Shown here piece by piece: positions 27,393 to 37,163 of a stretch of DNA of 64,000 nucleotides; positions within the stretch are counted from its first letter, which is position 1, and the number at the start of each line of letters is the position of its first letter. Origin of the DNA: Actinomycetota bacterium (GTDB lineage: Bacteria; Actinomycetota; Acidimicrobiia; Acidimicrobiales; VFJN01); contig VFJN01000099.1 in assembly GCA_009886035.1 (NCBI GenBank), positions 19,544 to 83,543 on the forward strand, given 5' to 3'. The position numbers were made by a program, and so were the translations under genes. Under the pieces are notes generated by a model. It worked only from the letters and a program-made list of their open reading frames with translations, ran no database searches and was not told the DNA's origin.

Positions 27393-28189
27393 CAGTCGAG
27401 ATCGGCGAAGAGATCGTCGTCGCGGTGATCGGCGGGAACGCCCTGTCGAATAAACCATTCCCGCCCGAAGGCGGCGGCGAAAGCGTCGTCGGGCATTTGC
27501 AAGAAGAACGAATCTTCGCCGATCTGGCTGGCGTGGGCCCGCATCGAGGCCCGTTTGGCCTCGAGGAATTGGGTGACCTCCACCGTGGTCGTGATCACCG
27601 ACTCCGGCCGTCCGAACGTGCTCTCCTCACTCACATCGGGCACGGACTCCGCCGGGATGGCGCCTGCCTGAACGCCGGCTTCGATCACCCGCCGAAGGTG
27701 GTCCCGGTTCATGGTGCCTTCGAACACCCGCGGGGTACCGGCGAGTTCGGCCGCCCGTTGCCCCACGCGGTGGACCTGGAGGTGGTCGGGGTGTCCGTAG
27801 CCGCCATCGCTGTCGTAGATCGTGAGCACCTGCGCATCTTCCTCCAGCAGGATGGCGGCCAAGCGGCCCGCCGCCACCGCCACGTCGGCCTGCCAGAAGG
27901 CTTCCGGGCGATCGTTTTCAGGGGTCCCCATCATCCCGGAGTCTTCGTAGCCGAGGAACTCCACCCGTTGCACCCCGAGAATCGCCGCCGACCGGTGCAC
28001 TTCAGCCACCCGCCGCTCCCAGAGGGCTTCGCCGGGATCGAGGAAACCCTCGGCCACTTCGCCATGCTCCCCGCGCGTGCCAAAGACGAGCACCGTGCGA
28101 TGACCTTGGGCGGCCGCCTTGGCCAGCGTGCCACCCGTCGCAATGGACTCGTCGTCGGGATGGGCATGGAAAGACACGAGTGTCGCCAT
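27392..28189 (-). CDS. PIG-L/LmbE family deacetylase (MshB/Mca-like)
   Basis: MATLVSFHAHPDDESIATGGTLAKAA contains the PIG-L AHPDDE motif. Confidence 0.85.
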   Translation of the reverse strand: MATLVSFHAHPDDESIATGGTLAKAAAQGHRTVLVFGTRGEHGEVAEGFLDPGEALWERRVAEVHRSAAILGVQRVEFLGYEDSGMMGTPENDRPEAFWQADVAVAAGRLAAILLEEDAQVLTIYDSDGGYGHPDHLQVHRVGQRAAELAGTPRVFEGTMNRDHLRRVIEAGVQAGAIPAESVPDVSEESTFGRPESVITTTVEVTQFLEAKRASMRAHASQIGEDSFFLQMPDDAFAAAFGREWFIRQGVPADHRDDDLFADLD

Positions 28190-28212
28190 ACGCCCGAGAC
28201 TAGCGAACCCGG

Positions 28213-29358
28213 TTAGGCGATCGCACCGGCGTGCCGGAGCTTTTCTACCTGATCAACGCTGATACCCCAGTCGGTGAGGACATCGTCGGTGTGCTGCCCG
28301 GCGTGCGACGGCGGCCGCTGCACCTCCACCGGGGTACCGGAGAAGCGAGGGGCGGGGGCCGGCTGCACCACCCCGTCGCGCTCGATGAAGGTACCGCGAT
28401 GCAGGTTGTGCGGATGCTGCGGGGCCTCGGCAAGGGAGAGGACGGGCGCAAAACACACATCGGTGCCCTCCATGAGGGCACACCACTGGTCGCGGGTTTT
28501 GGCCTTGAATACCTCGGCCATGCGGTCGGTCAATGCTGGCCACGCCACTCGATCTTGTTGGCGCGGGAGATCTTCCCCGTCCAGACCGGTGAGACGGAGG
28601 AGTTCGGCGTAAAACTGCGGCTCGATCGACCCGATGGACACGTACTTCCCGTCGGACGTCTCGTAGACATCGTAATAGTGCGCCCCGCTGTCGAGCATGT
28701 TGGTGCCACGCTCGTCCTCCCAGATACCCATCGCCCGAAACGAATGAAACATCGTGGTGAGCACGGCCGACCCGTCCACCATGGCGGCATCCACCACCTG
28801 ACCCACGCCGGTGCTCTGCGCATTGAGGATGCCGCACACCATCCCGAAGGCCAGCAACATCCCGCCCCCACCGAAATCGCCCACCAGATTCAGCGGCGGC
28901 ACCGGCGGCCCTCCCCGCCGTCCGATCGGCTCGAGGGCACCGGCCAGGGCGATGTAGTTGATGTCGTGACCGGCGGCGAGCGCGTAGGGCCCGTCCTGCC
29001 CCCATCCAGTCATGCGGCCGTAGGTAAGTTTCGGGTTACGGGCCAGGGCCACATCGGGGCCAAGACCGAGCCGTTCCATCACCCCAGGACGGAAGCCTTC
29101 GATCACCCCATCGGCCTGTTCGATGAGGGTCAGCACCGTCTCCACGCCCTCCGGATGCTTGAGGTCGACACCGATGGAACGTCGACCCCGGTTGAGTACA
29201 TCCGCCGGTGGCGTGGCCGGATCACCGCCCAAAACGTTCTGGGCGCGATCGATCCGCACGACCTCCGCCCCCATGTCGGCGAGCATCATGGCGGCAAAGG
29301 GACCGGGTCCGATCCCGGCGATTTCGAGAACTTTGAGACCATCAAGCGGACCGGGCAT
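28213..29358 (-). CDS. family III CoA-transferase (CaiB/BaiF), alpha-methylacyl-CoA racemase-like
   Basis: An internal ATG at 29358 gives MPGPLDGLKVLEIAGIGPGPFAAMMLADMGAEVVRIDR, a classic CoA-transferase III N-terminus. Confidence 0.85.
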   Translation of the reverse strand: MPGPLDGLKVLEIAGIGPGPFAAMMLADMGAEVVRIDRAQNVLGGDPATPPADVLNRGRRSIGVDLKHPEGVETVLTLIEQADGVIEGFRPGVMERLGLGPDVALARNPKLTYGRMTGWGQDGPYALAAGHDINYIALAGALEPIGRRGGPPVPPLNLVGDFGGGGMLLAFGMVCGILNAQSTGVGQVVDAAMVDGSAVLTTMFHSFRAMGIWEDERGTNMLDSGAHYYDVYETSDGKYVSIGSIEPQFYAELLRLTGLDGEDLPRQQDRVAWPALTDRMAEVFKAKTRDQWCALMEGTDVCFAPVLSLAEAPQHPHNLHRGTFIERDGVVQPAPAPRFSGTPVEVQRPPSHAGQHTDDVLTDWGISVDQVEKLRHAGAIA

Positions 29359-29380
29359 GCGGGGGGTTCCTTCCCAGAGG

Positions 29381-30274
29381 TCAGCCGCAGGTGCGACTGG
29401 CCAGAGCGGTGACCGCTTCGACCACCTGGGGCACAAAAGGGAGCGGAATACCATGGCCCATCCCCTCGATCACGATCAAGCGCGCCCCCGGGATGAGCTC
29501 CGCCGTCCGCTCACCACCGCTCACGCTGATGAGGGGGTCGAGATCGCCGTGGATCACCAGGGTGGGAACGTTGAGTTGGGCCAGGCCCTCGGCACGACTG
29601 GGAGAGAGGGCGATGGCGAGAAGCTGACGCATCACCCCGGCGGGGTGGTAGCACCGGTCGTAGGCCGCCGCCGCCCGCGTGCGAACCACCGCCTCATCGA
29701 AAAATGCTGGGCTGCCGATCACCCGGGACCCCTCGACATGGGCGTCGATGACTTCTTGGCGGGTGGTGGGTTCCGTCCGCAGGAGCACCGCCAAAGCCTC
29801 GGCGGTGGGCGCGCCCACCTCGGGCTCGCCGGTGGTGGACATCATCGAGGTGAGGGTGCGCACACGCGTGGGGTACTCGATGGCCATCGTCTGCGCGATC
29901 ATGCCGCCCATCGATGCCCCCAAGACGTGGGCGGAGGCGATCCCGAGATAATCAAGTAGCGCAATACCATCCGCCGCCATGTCCGACAGCCGGTAGGCCA
30001 CCGTCACCGGATCGCCCGACGCGGCGTGCATAAAGGTAGCGAGGAAATCGCTGCTCACATCAGCGAGCTTGGTAGACAAACCCACGTCACGATTGTCGTA
30101 ACGCACCACGAAAAAGCCTCGATCAGCGAAAGCGTGGACCATGTCGATCGGCCAGGCGATGAGTTGTGCGCCCAGGCCCATGACCAGCAGCATCGGTGTA
30201 TCGGCGGGATCTCCGTAGGTTTCGTAGGCGATGTGAATCCCGTTGGCAGGGGCCAGACCGCTCGACACCTTCAC
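29381..30274 (-). CDS. alpha/beta hydrolase
   Basis: 297 aa with HIAYETYGDP..PMLLVMGLG and the nucleophile elbow GASMGG. Confidence 0.8.
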   Translation of the reverse strand: MKVSSGLAPANGIHIAYETYGDPADTPMLLVMGLGAQLIAWPIDMVHAFADRGFFVVRYDNRDVGLSTKLADVSSDFLATFMHAASGDPVTVAYRLSDMAADGIALLDYLGIASAHVLGASMGGMIAQTMAIEYPTRVRTLTSMMSTTGEPEVGAPTAEALAVLLRTEPTTRQEVIDAHVEGSRVIGSPAFFDEAVVRTRAAAAYDRCYHPAGVMRQLLAIALSPSRAEGLAQLNVPTLVIHGDLDPLISVSGGERTAELIPGARLIVIEGMGHGIPLPFVPQVVEAVTALASRTCG

Positions 30275-30338
30275 ATTCTTTGTGCCTTATGACCGGAGAG
30301 TCAAGGGACGACTGGTGGGGCGGCGCTAGATTCCGCCG

Positions 30339-31235
30339 ATGACCGTGTTCGGCGTCCACACTGGCTTGCAAAACACCGATATCGATTCGCTCCGCCATCT
30401 CTGGACCCGCATCGAGGAGGCCGGCTTCGACTGGATCTCCATCTGGGACCACTTCTACTCGGCCGACTTCACCGGCTACGCGAGCCATGAGGCGGTGGCC
30501 TGCCACGCCGCGTTGGCGTGCCACACCACCCGCGTGCGCGTTGGATCGCTCGTCTATTGCGCGGCGTATCGCCATCCTGCGGTGTTGGCCAACGCCATCA
30601 CCACCATTGATCATCTCTCCGGTGGGCGGGCCGAACTCGGTCTTGGCGCGGGCTGGGCCGAGCCCGAATTTGCGGCCTACGGCATCCCCTTCCCCGGACC
30701 AAAAGAACGTCTCGACCTCCTGGAGGAATCCATCCAGGCCATCCGCCACCTGCTGCGCGAGGAGGTCACCAACTTCTCGGGCGAGCACGTTCAGCTCACC
30801 GAAGCCCGCTGTGAGCCCAAGCCCCTGCAACGCGAACTCCCGATTTGGGTGGGGGGCAGCGGCGAGAAACGCACGCTGCGCATCGCGGCGGCCTGGGCCG
30901 ACGGCTGGAACGTGCCGTTTGTGGCCCCGGACGAATTCGCCCGAAAGCGCGCCGTGTTGCACGATCATTGTGCGGCGGTGGGCCGGGATCCCGCCGAGAT
31001 CCGCACGGCCATCAACGTGGGCCTATGCCAGGACGAAGCCGCCCTGGTCCTGCAGTTCGGCAAGGTCGCCGAGCGAGTGCGCCCGGGGGTACTCATCGGC
31101 TCCCCCGACCAACTCGCGCAGCGCATGGGCGAGTACATCGAGGCCGGGGCCGATCAGATCAACATCGCCCTGCGGGCTCCCTGGGACCTCTCCTTGCTCG
31201 ATCTGGCCAGCGTCGCGGTCGACCAACTTCGGTGA
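30339..31235 (+). CDS. LLM-class (luciferase-like) F420-dependent oxidoreductase
   Basis: 298 aa with SIWDHF, GGRAELGLGAGW and WVGGSGEKRTLRIAA, typical of the LLM family. Confidence 0.85.
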   Translation: MTVFGVHTGLQNTDIDSLRHLWTRIEEAGFDWISIWDHFYSADFTGYASHEAVACHAALACHTTRVRVGSLVYCAAYRHPAVLANAITTIDHLSGGRAELGLGAGWAEPEFAAYGIPFPGPKERLDLLEESIQAIRHLLREEVTNFSGEHVQLTEARCEPKPLQRELPIWVGGSGEKRTLRIAAAWADGWNVPFVAPDEFARKRAVLHDHCAAVGRDPAEIRTAINVGLCQDEAALVLQFGKVAERVRPGVLIGSPDQLAQRMGEYIEAGADQINIALRAPWDLSLLDLASVAVDQLR

Positions 31236-32236
31236 TCAGCACCTTCGCGCCCGGGCGGGTGAACCTGATCGGGGACCACACCGACCACACCGGCGGGCTC
31301 GTCCTGCCCATGGCCATCCACCTGGGCACCACCATCTCCGGCGAACGTGAGGGTGGCGTGGTGTCGCTGCACTCCTCGATCGAACCGGAACCGGCGGTTA
31401 TTCCCCTCGACGTGGACGATCCCGCCACCCTCACCCCCCTCTGGGCGCGCTACGTGGCGGGGGTGGTGGCCGAACAGCGACCCACCATCGGGTTTCGGGG
31501 GTCGGTGACCACCACCCTGCCGGTCGGGGCCGGGCTGTCATCCTCGGCCGCCCTGGAAGTGGCCCTCGCCCTGGCCCTGGGGTTTGCCGGCCCCCCCGAG
31601 GCGCTGGCCCACCTCACGCGCCGAGCCGAGCAGCGTGCCTCGGGCGTGCCGTGCGGGATTATGGACCAACTCACCAGCGCCGCCGGGGTGGCGGGTCATG
31701 CGCTCCGCATCGACTGCACCTCGCTGCAGATCACCCCGGTTCCGCTGCCGGAGGATCTCGAAGTGGTGGTGGTCGACTCCGGCGAGCGCCGCCGGTTGGC
31801 CACCAGCGCCTACGCCGAGCGGGCGGCGGCCTGCCAGGCGGCGCAGGCCGAACTGGGACCACTGCGCTCGGCCACCCTGGCCGACGTGGCGGGATTGGAT
31901 GATCCGATGATTCGGCAACGGGCCCGGCATGTCGTCACCGAAAATGTTCGGGTCGATCAAATGGCGGCCGCTCTCACTGCCGGTGATCGCTCCGGGATGA
32001 GCGAAGCCATGGCGGCGAGCCATGCCAGCCTTCGCCACGACTTCGCCGTCAGCACCCCGGGCCTCGATGATCTCGTCCACCGCCTCATCCGCCTCGATGG
32101 CGTCATCGGGGCCCGGCTCACCGGGGCCGGCTTTGGTGGCTGCGTGGTGGCGATCGTGGAACGAAACACCCCGATCCCGGCGGGGATGACAGCGTGGCGC
32201 GTGCGGCCCTCTGCCGGCGCCGCCCTCGTGGGGTAA
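31232..32236 (+). CDS. galK: galactokinase-like GHMP kinase
   Basis: A GTG at 31232 overlaps the LLM TGA stop (GTGA). VISTFAPGRVNLIGDHTDHTGG matches the galactokinase signature and PVGAGLSSSAALEVA the GHMP motif. The ORF-track N-terminal extension (from 30845) lies inside the LLM gene. Confidence 0.8.
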   Translation: MISTFAPGRVNLIGDHTDHTGGLVLPMAIHLGTTISGEREGGVVSLHSSIEPEPAVIPLDVDDPATLTPLWARYVAGVVAEQRPTIGFRGSVTTTLPVGAGLSSSAALEVALALALGFAGPPEALAHLTRRAEQRASGVPCGIMDQLTSAAGVAGHALRIDCTSLQITPVPLPEDLEVVVVDSGERRRLATSAYAERAAACQAAQAELGPLRSATLADVAGLDDPMIRQRARHVVTENVRVDQMAAALTAGDRSGMSEAMAASHASLRHDFAVSTPGLDDLVHRLIRLDGVIGARLTGAGFGGCVVAIVERNTPIPAGMTAWRVRPSAGAALVG

Positions 32237-32272
32237 TTCCTCCCTCATCCCCGAGGGTGGTAGGAACGTCAC

Positions 32273-33511
32273 ATGCCCCGCCTCCTTCTTCGCTCCGTCG
32301 TTGTCAGCATCGCCCTCGTCACCACCGCCTGCTCCGGGGGAGACGGAGGAGACGATGCGGCGACCACCACCGTGGCGGCGGATCCGGCCAACTTCTCCGG
32401 CCGCGGTCCCTACGCCGTGGGTCAGGTGGATCTCGCCCTTGATGCCGACCACACCGTGGCCGTGTTTTATCCGGTCGACCCCTCCGCGGTGACCCCCACC
32501 GCCGAGGCCTACGCCTACTCGGGAAAAGACGTCCTCGATCCAGCTATCACAGCCATCCTTCCCGGGGCGCTCTCGGGTGAGGTGGCCCCGGTGAACACGT
32601 GGGTGGGCCTACCGGCGAGCGAAAAGGGCCCCTTCCCCACGGTCCTGCACAGCCATGGTTTCTCGGGCAACCTTCGCTTCGGCAATCAACACAACGCCGC
32701 CGTGGCGTCCTGGGGCTACGTGGTGGCGGCGGTGGACCATCCCGAACGGGGACTGGCGGCGGTGCTCGACGGTTTCATCGCCGGCGGCGCCAATCCGGTG
32801 CGCCCCGACGAGTACCTCGACAGCGACCAACTCCTCGCTGCCCTCGATCTCCTCACCGAGACGAACGAGGCCGCCGAGTCGCCCCTAGCCGGAGCGATCG
32901 ATACCGAACGGGTCGCTGCTGAGGGCCACAGCGCCGGGGGCAGCTCTTCGGGGACAGCCGCCTATGACAGTCGGGTGGATCTCTGGATCGGCCAAGCCCC
33001 GGTAGCCCCCCTGGAACCCGACACGGATCTCGCCGCGTTTTCCGGCACCGGCCCCATGTTCGACACCGATGCCCTCCTCGCCGCCACTACCCCCCCGCCG
33101 GTGCCGTCGATGATCATTGCCGCCGAGGGCGACACCGTGATCGAGCTGGCTCAGGTGGAGAAGATCTACCAATGGCTCGACTCCCCCAAGCGACTCGCCG
33201 TGATCGCCGCCAGTGGCCATGCCGTGTTCGTGGATCCGTGCGTACCGATCCGCCAAGAAGGCGGGTTGAGCGGATTCGTACGGGGCCTCGGCCTCGACCC
33301 GGCGACGGTTCCCTTGGTGGAGTTGGGCGAAAACGGATGCCTGCCGGCCGACCCGGACCCGGTCCTGGTGGGGGGCCTCATTGATCACCTCACCGTCGCC
33401 CAACTCAACGAGGCATTCAACATCGAACCGGCGGTGGCGGTCGCATCTCTTCAGCCGGCCTACCTCAAGACCGCCTTCCCGGGCCTGCTTCTCAGCATCC
33501 TCAGCCGCTAA
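32273..33511 (+). CDS. lipoprotein alpha/beta hydrolase (PAF-acetylhydrolase/chlorophyllase-like)
   Basis: Signal peptide plus lipobox (SIALVTTAC), the oxyanion region TVLHSHGFSG, and the GHSAGG nucleophile elbow. Confidence 0.7.
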   Translation: MPRLLLRSVVVSIALVTTACSGGDGGDDAATTTVAADPANFSGRGPYAVGQVDLALDADHTVAVFYPVDPSAVTPTAEAYAYSGKDVLDPAITAILPGALSGEVAPVNTWVGLPASEKGPFPTVLHSHGFSGNLRFGNQHNAAVASWGYVVAAVDHPERGLAAVLDGFIAGGANPVRPDEYLDSDQLLAALDLLTETNEAAESPLAGAIDTERVAAEGHSAGGSSSGTAAYDSRVDLWIGQAPVAPLEPDTDLAAFSGTGPMFDTDALLAATTPPPVPSMIIAAEGDTVIELAQVEKIYQWLDSPKRLAVIAASGHAVFVDPCVPIRQEGGLSGFVRGLGLDPATVPLVELGENGCLPADPDPVLVGGLIDHLTVAQLNEAFNIEPAVAVASLQPAYLKTAFPGLLLSILSR

Positions 33512-33569
33512 GCCACCCGCCGTCGCCTGCCGATGGCTCCTGCCCCAACCCGCTCTCGCGGTGTCGGGC

Positions 33570-34193
33570 CTACATCTTGTCGAGGAGGTCCCGCTTCTTC
33601 TGGTCGAACTCTTCCTGGCTCAGGATGCCTTGCTGACGGAGCCCATCGAGTTGCGAGATCTGTTCCGGGATGGACGCACCCGGCGCGCCCCCACCAATGC
33701 GGTCGAACTTTCGGTTCTCGTTGGCTTCCATCTGCCGATAGATCTCATGCTGGATCTGCGAGGGCCGCCACACGTGCGAAAATTGCTGACGCCCCGTCTC
33801 GCTGGCCGACTCAATCACCAAGTTGCCCGAGCCCACTATCCGCTCGAAGATCGACTGGCTGAAGAAAATGGTGTTGATGCGCTCCAGTGGGATCTCGATC
33901 CCTCGCTTGGCGAGCACTCCGTGCCGGTAAATCAACCGATCGCTGGTCACCACGAAGTGGGTGGTGGACCAGCGGGCGTAGGTCCAGCCGAACCAAGCGA
34001 GGCACCCGAGCACCGCTAGCCCCAGGGTCCAATTCAGTATGTCGGGTGCTTTGTCGAGCCACACGAGCACCATCACCCCCGCGACGATGACGGCAAATAG
34101 GGCCAACATTCCCCGCAGGAAAAACTCCCAGTGGGGGTGGAGGTCGAGGACAACTTCCTCGCCCTCGTTCAGCAATTTCAGGGAAAGCGGCAC
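33570..34193 (-). CDS. membrane bPH_2 (DUF304/YdbT-like PH) domain protein with C-terminal SHOCT domain
   Basis: Two TM helices, then TTHFVVTSDRLIYRHGVLAKRGIEIPLERINTIFFSQSIFERIVGSGNLVIE (bacterial PH pattern). The C-terminus IPEQISQLDGLRQQGILSQEEFDQKKRDLL fits SHOCT. The start is GTG 34193 (17 nt after the upstream stop) or ATG 34241 (32-nt overlap). Confidence 0.7.
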   Translation of the reverse strand: MPLSLKLLNEGEEVVLDLHPHWEFFLRGMLALFAVIVAGVMVLVWLDKAPDILNWTLGLAVLGCLAWFGWTYARWSTTHFVVTSDRLIYRHGVLAKRGIEIPLERINTIFFSQSIFERIVGSGNLVIESASETGRQQFSHVWRPSQIQHEIYRQMEANENRKFDRIGGGAPGASIPEQISQLDGLRQQGILSQEEFDQKKRDLLDKM

Positions 34194-34209
34194 GGGGGAA
34201 GGGTACCGC

Positions 34210-34557
34210 TTATGCCCAGCCGAGTTCGGCAAGGCGCTCATCGTCAATCCCGAAGTGATGGGCCACCTCATGCACCACGGTGATCTGCACCTGTTCCACC
34301 ACCTCGTCCTCGGTGGCACACATCGAAAGAATGGGCAAACGAAAGATGGTGATGCGGTCCGGCAACACCATGCCGTCGTAGCCACTCCCCCGTTCGGTGA
34401 GCGGCACACCCTCGTAGTAGCCGAGGAGTCCAGAGTGGGCCCGGCCATCGCGCACCACAATCGCCACGTTGTCCATCAGATGCCCCAGTTCCTCGGGAAT
34501 GGCATCCAGGGCATCGGCCACCAGCGCGTCGAAGCGAGCATCGGACACATCCACCAT
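34210..34557 (-). CDS. zinicin-like metallopeptidase family protein (DUF1025 type)
   Basis: 115 aa with the HEVAHHFG zinc-binding HExxH motif. It has the typical small size and acidic N-terminus of this family. Confidence 0.75.
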   Translation of the reverse strand: MVDVSDARFDALVADALDAIPEELGHLMDNVAIVVRDGRAHSGLLGYYEGVPLTERGSGYDGMVLPDRITIFRLPILSMCATEDEVVEQVQITVVHEVAHHFGIDDERLAELGWA

Positions 34558-34583
34558 CAGCCACCAGCGTAGGGTGTAGGACG

Positions 34584-36656
34584 ATGGATCCGCAGGAGCT
34601 GCTCCACGGGCTCGATGACGCCCAACGAGCGGCCGTATCCTCCGCCGCCATGCCGCTGGTGGTGCTGGCTCCGGCCGGATCGGGCAAGACTCGGGTGCTG
34701 ACGCGCCGGATTGCCTACCGGGTGGCCACCGGCGACGCCGACCCGCGCCACGTGCTGGCCATCACCTTCACCCGCAAGGCCGCCGGCGAACTCGGCGACC
34801 GCCTCTCCCGTCTCGGTCTCCGCAACGACCCCACCACCGGCACCTTCCACGCGGTGGCCTGGGGCGCCTTGCGCACTCGGTGGGATGACCAGCGCCGCAC
34901 CGCCCCCACCCTGCTCGATCGCAAGAGCGAAGTTCTGCGCGAACTCGCCCCCAAGGTGCCCGGCAAAGACAAGCGCTCGGTAGCCGCTGGTCTGGCTACC
35001 GAAATCGAATGGGCGAAGGCCCGGATGGTGGCACCCGAGGACTACGCCACCGCGGTCGTGGCCGCCGGGCGGCGCCCAAGTCTGAAGCCCAGCACGGTGG
35101 CCGATGTGTACGCGGCTTACGAACAGCGTAAGAACCGGGGCGGGCTGGTGGACTTCGACGACCTGCTAGATCTCTGTGCTCGCGCCCTTGAGCAGGACAG
35201 CGCCTTTGCCACCGCCCAACGCTGGAGGTTTCGTCACCTTTTCGTAGACGAGTTGCAAGACGTCAATCCGCTGCAGTTTCGCCTGCTGGAAGCGTGGCGG
35301 GGTGAGCGTTACGACATCACCGCAGTGGGAGATCCGCAGCAGGCCATCTACGGATGGAACGGTGCCGATGCCGGCTTCCTCCTCGACATCCACCGCTATT
35401 GGCCTCCGGCCGAGTTGATCGAACTGGAGCGCAGCTATCGCTCCACTCCCGAAATCCTCACTGCCGCCGCCGCCGTCCTGCGCGGGGCCAAGCAACCCGC
35501 TCGCCAGGTCACCGCGGCGCGGGCATCGGGTCCTCCACCGCAGCTCAGAGGCCATCGCGACGACCGGGCCGAGGCTGTCGCCATTGCCCGCGCCGCCCGG
35601 TTGGCCCATGCCCCCGGACGGCCCTGGGCCGAGCAGGCCATTCTCGTGCGCACCCATGCCCAGACCCACCTCATCGTTGAAGCGCTCCGGGAGAGCGGCA
35701 TCCCCCATCGCGTGCGCGGGGGGGCAGCTTTTCTCGATCGCTCCGACATCCGAGGGGCGCTGCGCGACCTGCGGTTTGCCACCGTTCCTCTCGGCACGGC
35801 GCTGGCCGACCTCGAACTACTTCAGACCGAGCATGGGCCCTCCGACGACGACATCGATACCGGCTTTCTGGACGACGACGCCCAGGCCATCGTGCTCGAG
35901 CGCCACGCCGACGAGCGCGCCGCCCTCGGTGCGCTATTGCGGATGGGCCGCGACTACCTCCGGCTCGACCCCATCGGCAGCACCGACAGCTTCACCCGGT
36001 GGCTCCGAGCCACCGTGCAGTCCGAAGGCGACAGTGCCGGACCCACCCGCGATGCCATCGACGTGGCCACCTTCCACGCCGCCAAGGGGCTCGAGTGGGC
36101 CGTGGTGCATCTCGCCGGGGTAGAGGATGGGTACGTGCCGATCGCTCACGCTCGCACCGCGGCCGCTCGGGCCGAGGAGGCGCGCCTGCTGTATGTCGCC
36201 ATGACACGAGCCCAGCGAGACCTCCACATCACATGGTGCGATCAGCGCACGTTCGCGGCCCGCGTGCTCGAGCGGCGCTGCTCCTCCTTTCTCGCTCCCC
36301 TGCTGGAGTCAGCCAGCGCCACCCCCCCCGCTTCGCCGGGAGTCGCCGCCACCCCGTCGGTTGTGAACTGGCCCGAACACCTGCGCGACCAACATGACCG
36401 GCTCCGCCGCGATCGAGTGACTATCGCCCCGGAAGTTGTGGCGCTGAGAACGTGGCGGGATAGAACCGCCCGGGCGGCGCGCATTGCCCCCGAGGCCGTG
36501 TTGTCAGACCAGATCCTCGCCCGCATCGCGGCGGCCCAACCGCACAACCTCGACCAAGTGGCGGCCGTGCCGGGCGTTGGAACGATCCTGGCGCACCATT
36601 TTGGCTCCTCGATCCTCGCCGCTCTCACCAGCACCGATACGGATACCGCCCCATGA
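34584..36656 (+). CDS. UvrD/PcrA/Rep-family ATP-dependent DNA helicase with C-terminal HRDC domain (UvrD2-like)
   Basis: 690 aa with Walker A APAGSGKT, motif II FVDELQDVNPLQF, and motifs V/VI (TFHAAKGLEW, LLYVAMTRAQ). The C-terminal about 75 aa (VALRTWRDRTARAARIAPEAVLSDQILARIAAAQPHNLDQVAAVPGVG) fit HRDC. Confidence 0.88.
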   Translation: MDPQELLHGLDDAQRAAVSSAAMPLVVLAPAGSGKTRVLTRRIAYRVATGDADPRHVLAITFTRKAAGELGDRLSRLGLRNDPTTGTFHAVAWGALRTRWDDQRRTAPTLLDRKSEVLRELAPKVPGKDKRSVAAGLATEIEWAKARMVAPEDYATAVVAAGRRPSLKPSTVADVYAAYEQRKNRGGLVDFDDLLDLCARALEQDSAFATAQRWRFRHLFVDELQDVNPLQFRLLEAWRGERYDITAVGDPQQAIYGWNGADAGFLLDIHRYWPPAELIELERSYRSTPEILTAAAAVLRGAKQPARQVTAARASGPPPQLRGHRDDRAEAVAIARAARLAHAPGRPWAEQAILVRTHAQTHLIVEALRESGIPHRVRGGAAFLDRSDIRGALRDLRFATVPLGTALADLELLQTEHGPSDDDIDTGFLDDDAQAIVLERHADERAALGALLRMGRDYLRLDPIGSTDSFTRWLRATVQSEGDSAGPTRDAIDVATFHAAKGLEWAVVHLAGVEDGYVPIAHARTAAARAEEARLLYVAMTRAQRDLHITWCDQRTFAARVLERRCSSFLAPLLESASATPPASPGVAATPSVVNWPEHLRDQHDRLRRDRVTIAPEVVALRTWRDRTARAARIAPEAVLSDQILARIAAAQPHNLDQVAAVPGVGTILAHHFGSSILAALTSTDTDTAP

Positions 36657-37156
36657 TCTTCACCATTGCGCAGCACTTAGATGGCCCGGTCGACTCGGTG
36701 GCGCGTGCCTACGCCAACCCCGAGCTTTACCTCTACCTCGCCCGGCAGGACCTCCCCATGCTCTCCACCCCCGAGGTGGTGAGCCACCACCCCCAGGACG
36801 ACGTTGTGACGCTGGAGATCCGCTACCGATTTTCTGGCGCACTATCGACGGCGGCCCGAGCGGTTATCGATCCGGCCAAGCTCACCTGGGTGGAGCGGTC
36901 GGTCCACGACCTCACCACCGCCTCCACCACCTTCACCATGCTTCCCGACCACTACGCCAGCCGCTTCCGCGCTTCGGGTTCCTACCGCTTCGAATCACGG
37001 GCCGATGGTGGCACCACTCGCCGCGGCGAGGGAAACATTCGCGTCACAGCGCTCCTGGTGGCGGGGGCTGTTGAAGGAGCCATCGTGTCGGGACTGGAGG
37101 AGCACCTCCTCGTCGAGGTGCCCATCGTGAATGCCTTCGTGGCCACCCAAACCTGA
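36653..37156 (+). CDS. SRPBCC-fold hypothetical protein (DUF2505-like)
   Basis: 167 aa. ATGA overlap with the helicase stop. The family call rests on overall pattern only. Confidence 0.55.
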   Translation: MIFTIAQHLDGPVDSVARAYANPELYLYLARQDLPMLSTPEVVSHHPQDDVVTLEIRYRFSGALSTAARAVIDPAKLTWVERSVHDLTTASTTFTMLPDHYASRFRASGSYRFESRADGGTTRRGEGNIRVTALLVAGAVEGAIVSGLEEHLLVEVPIVNAFVATQT

Positions 37157-37163
37157 CCTGGCC

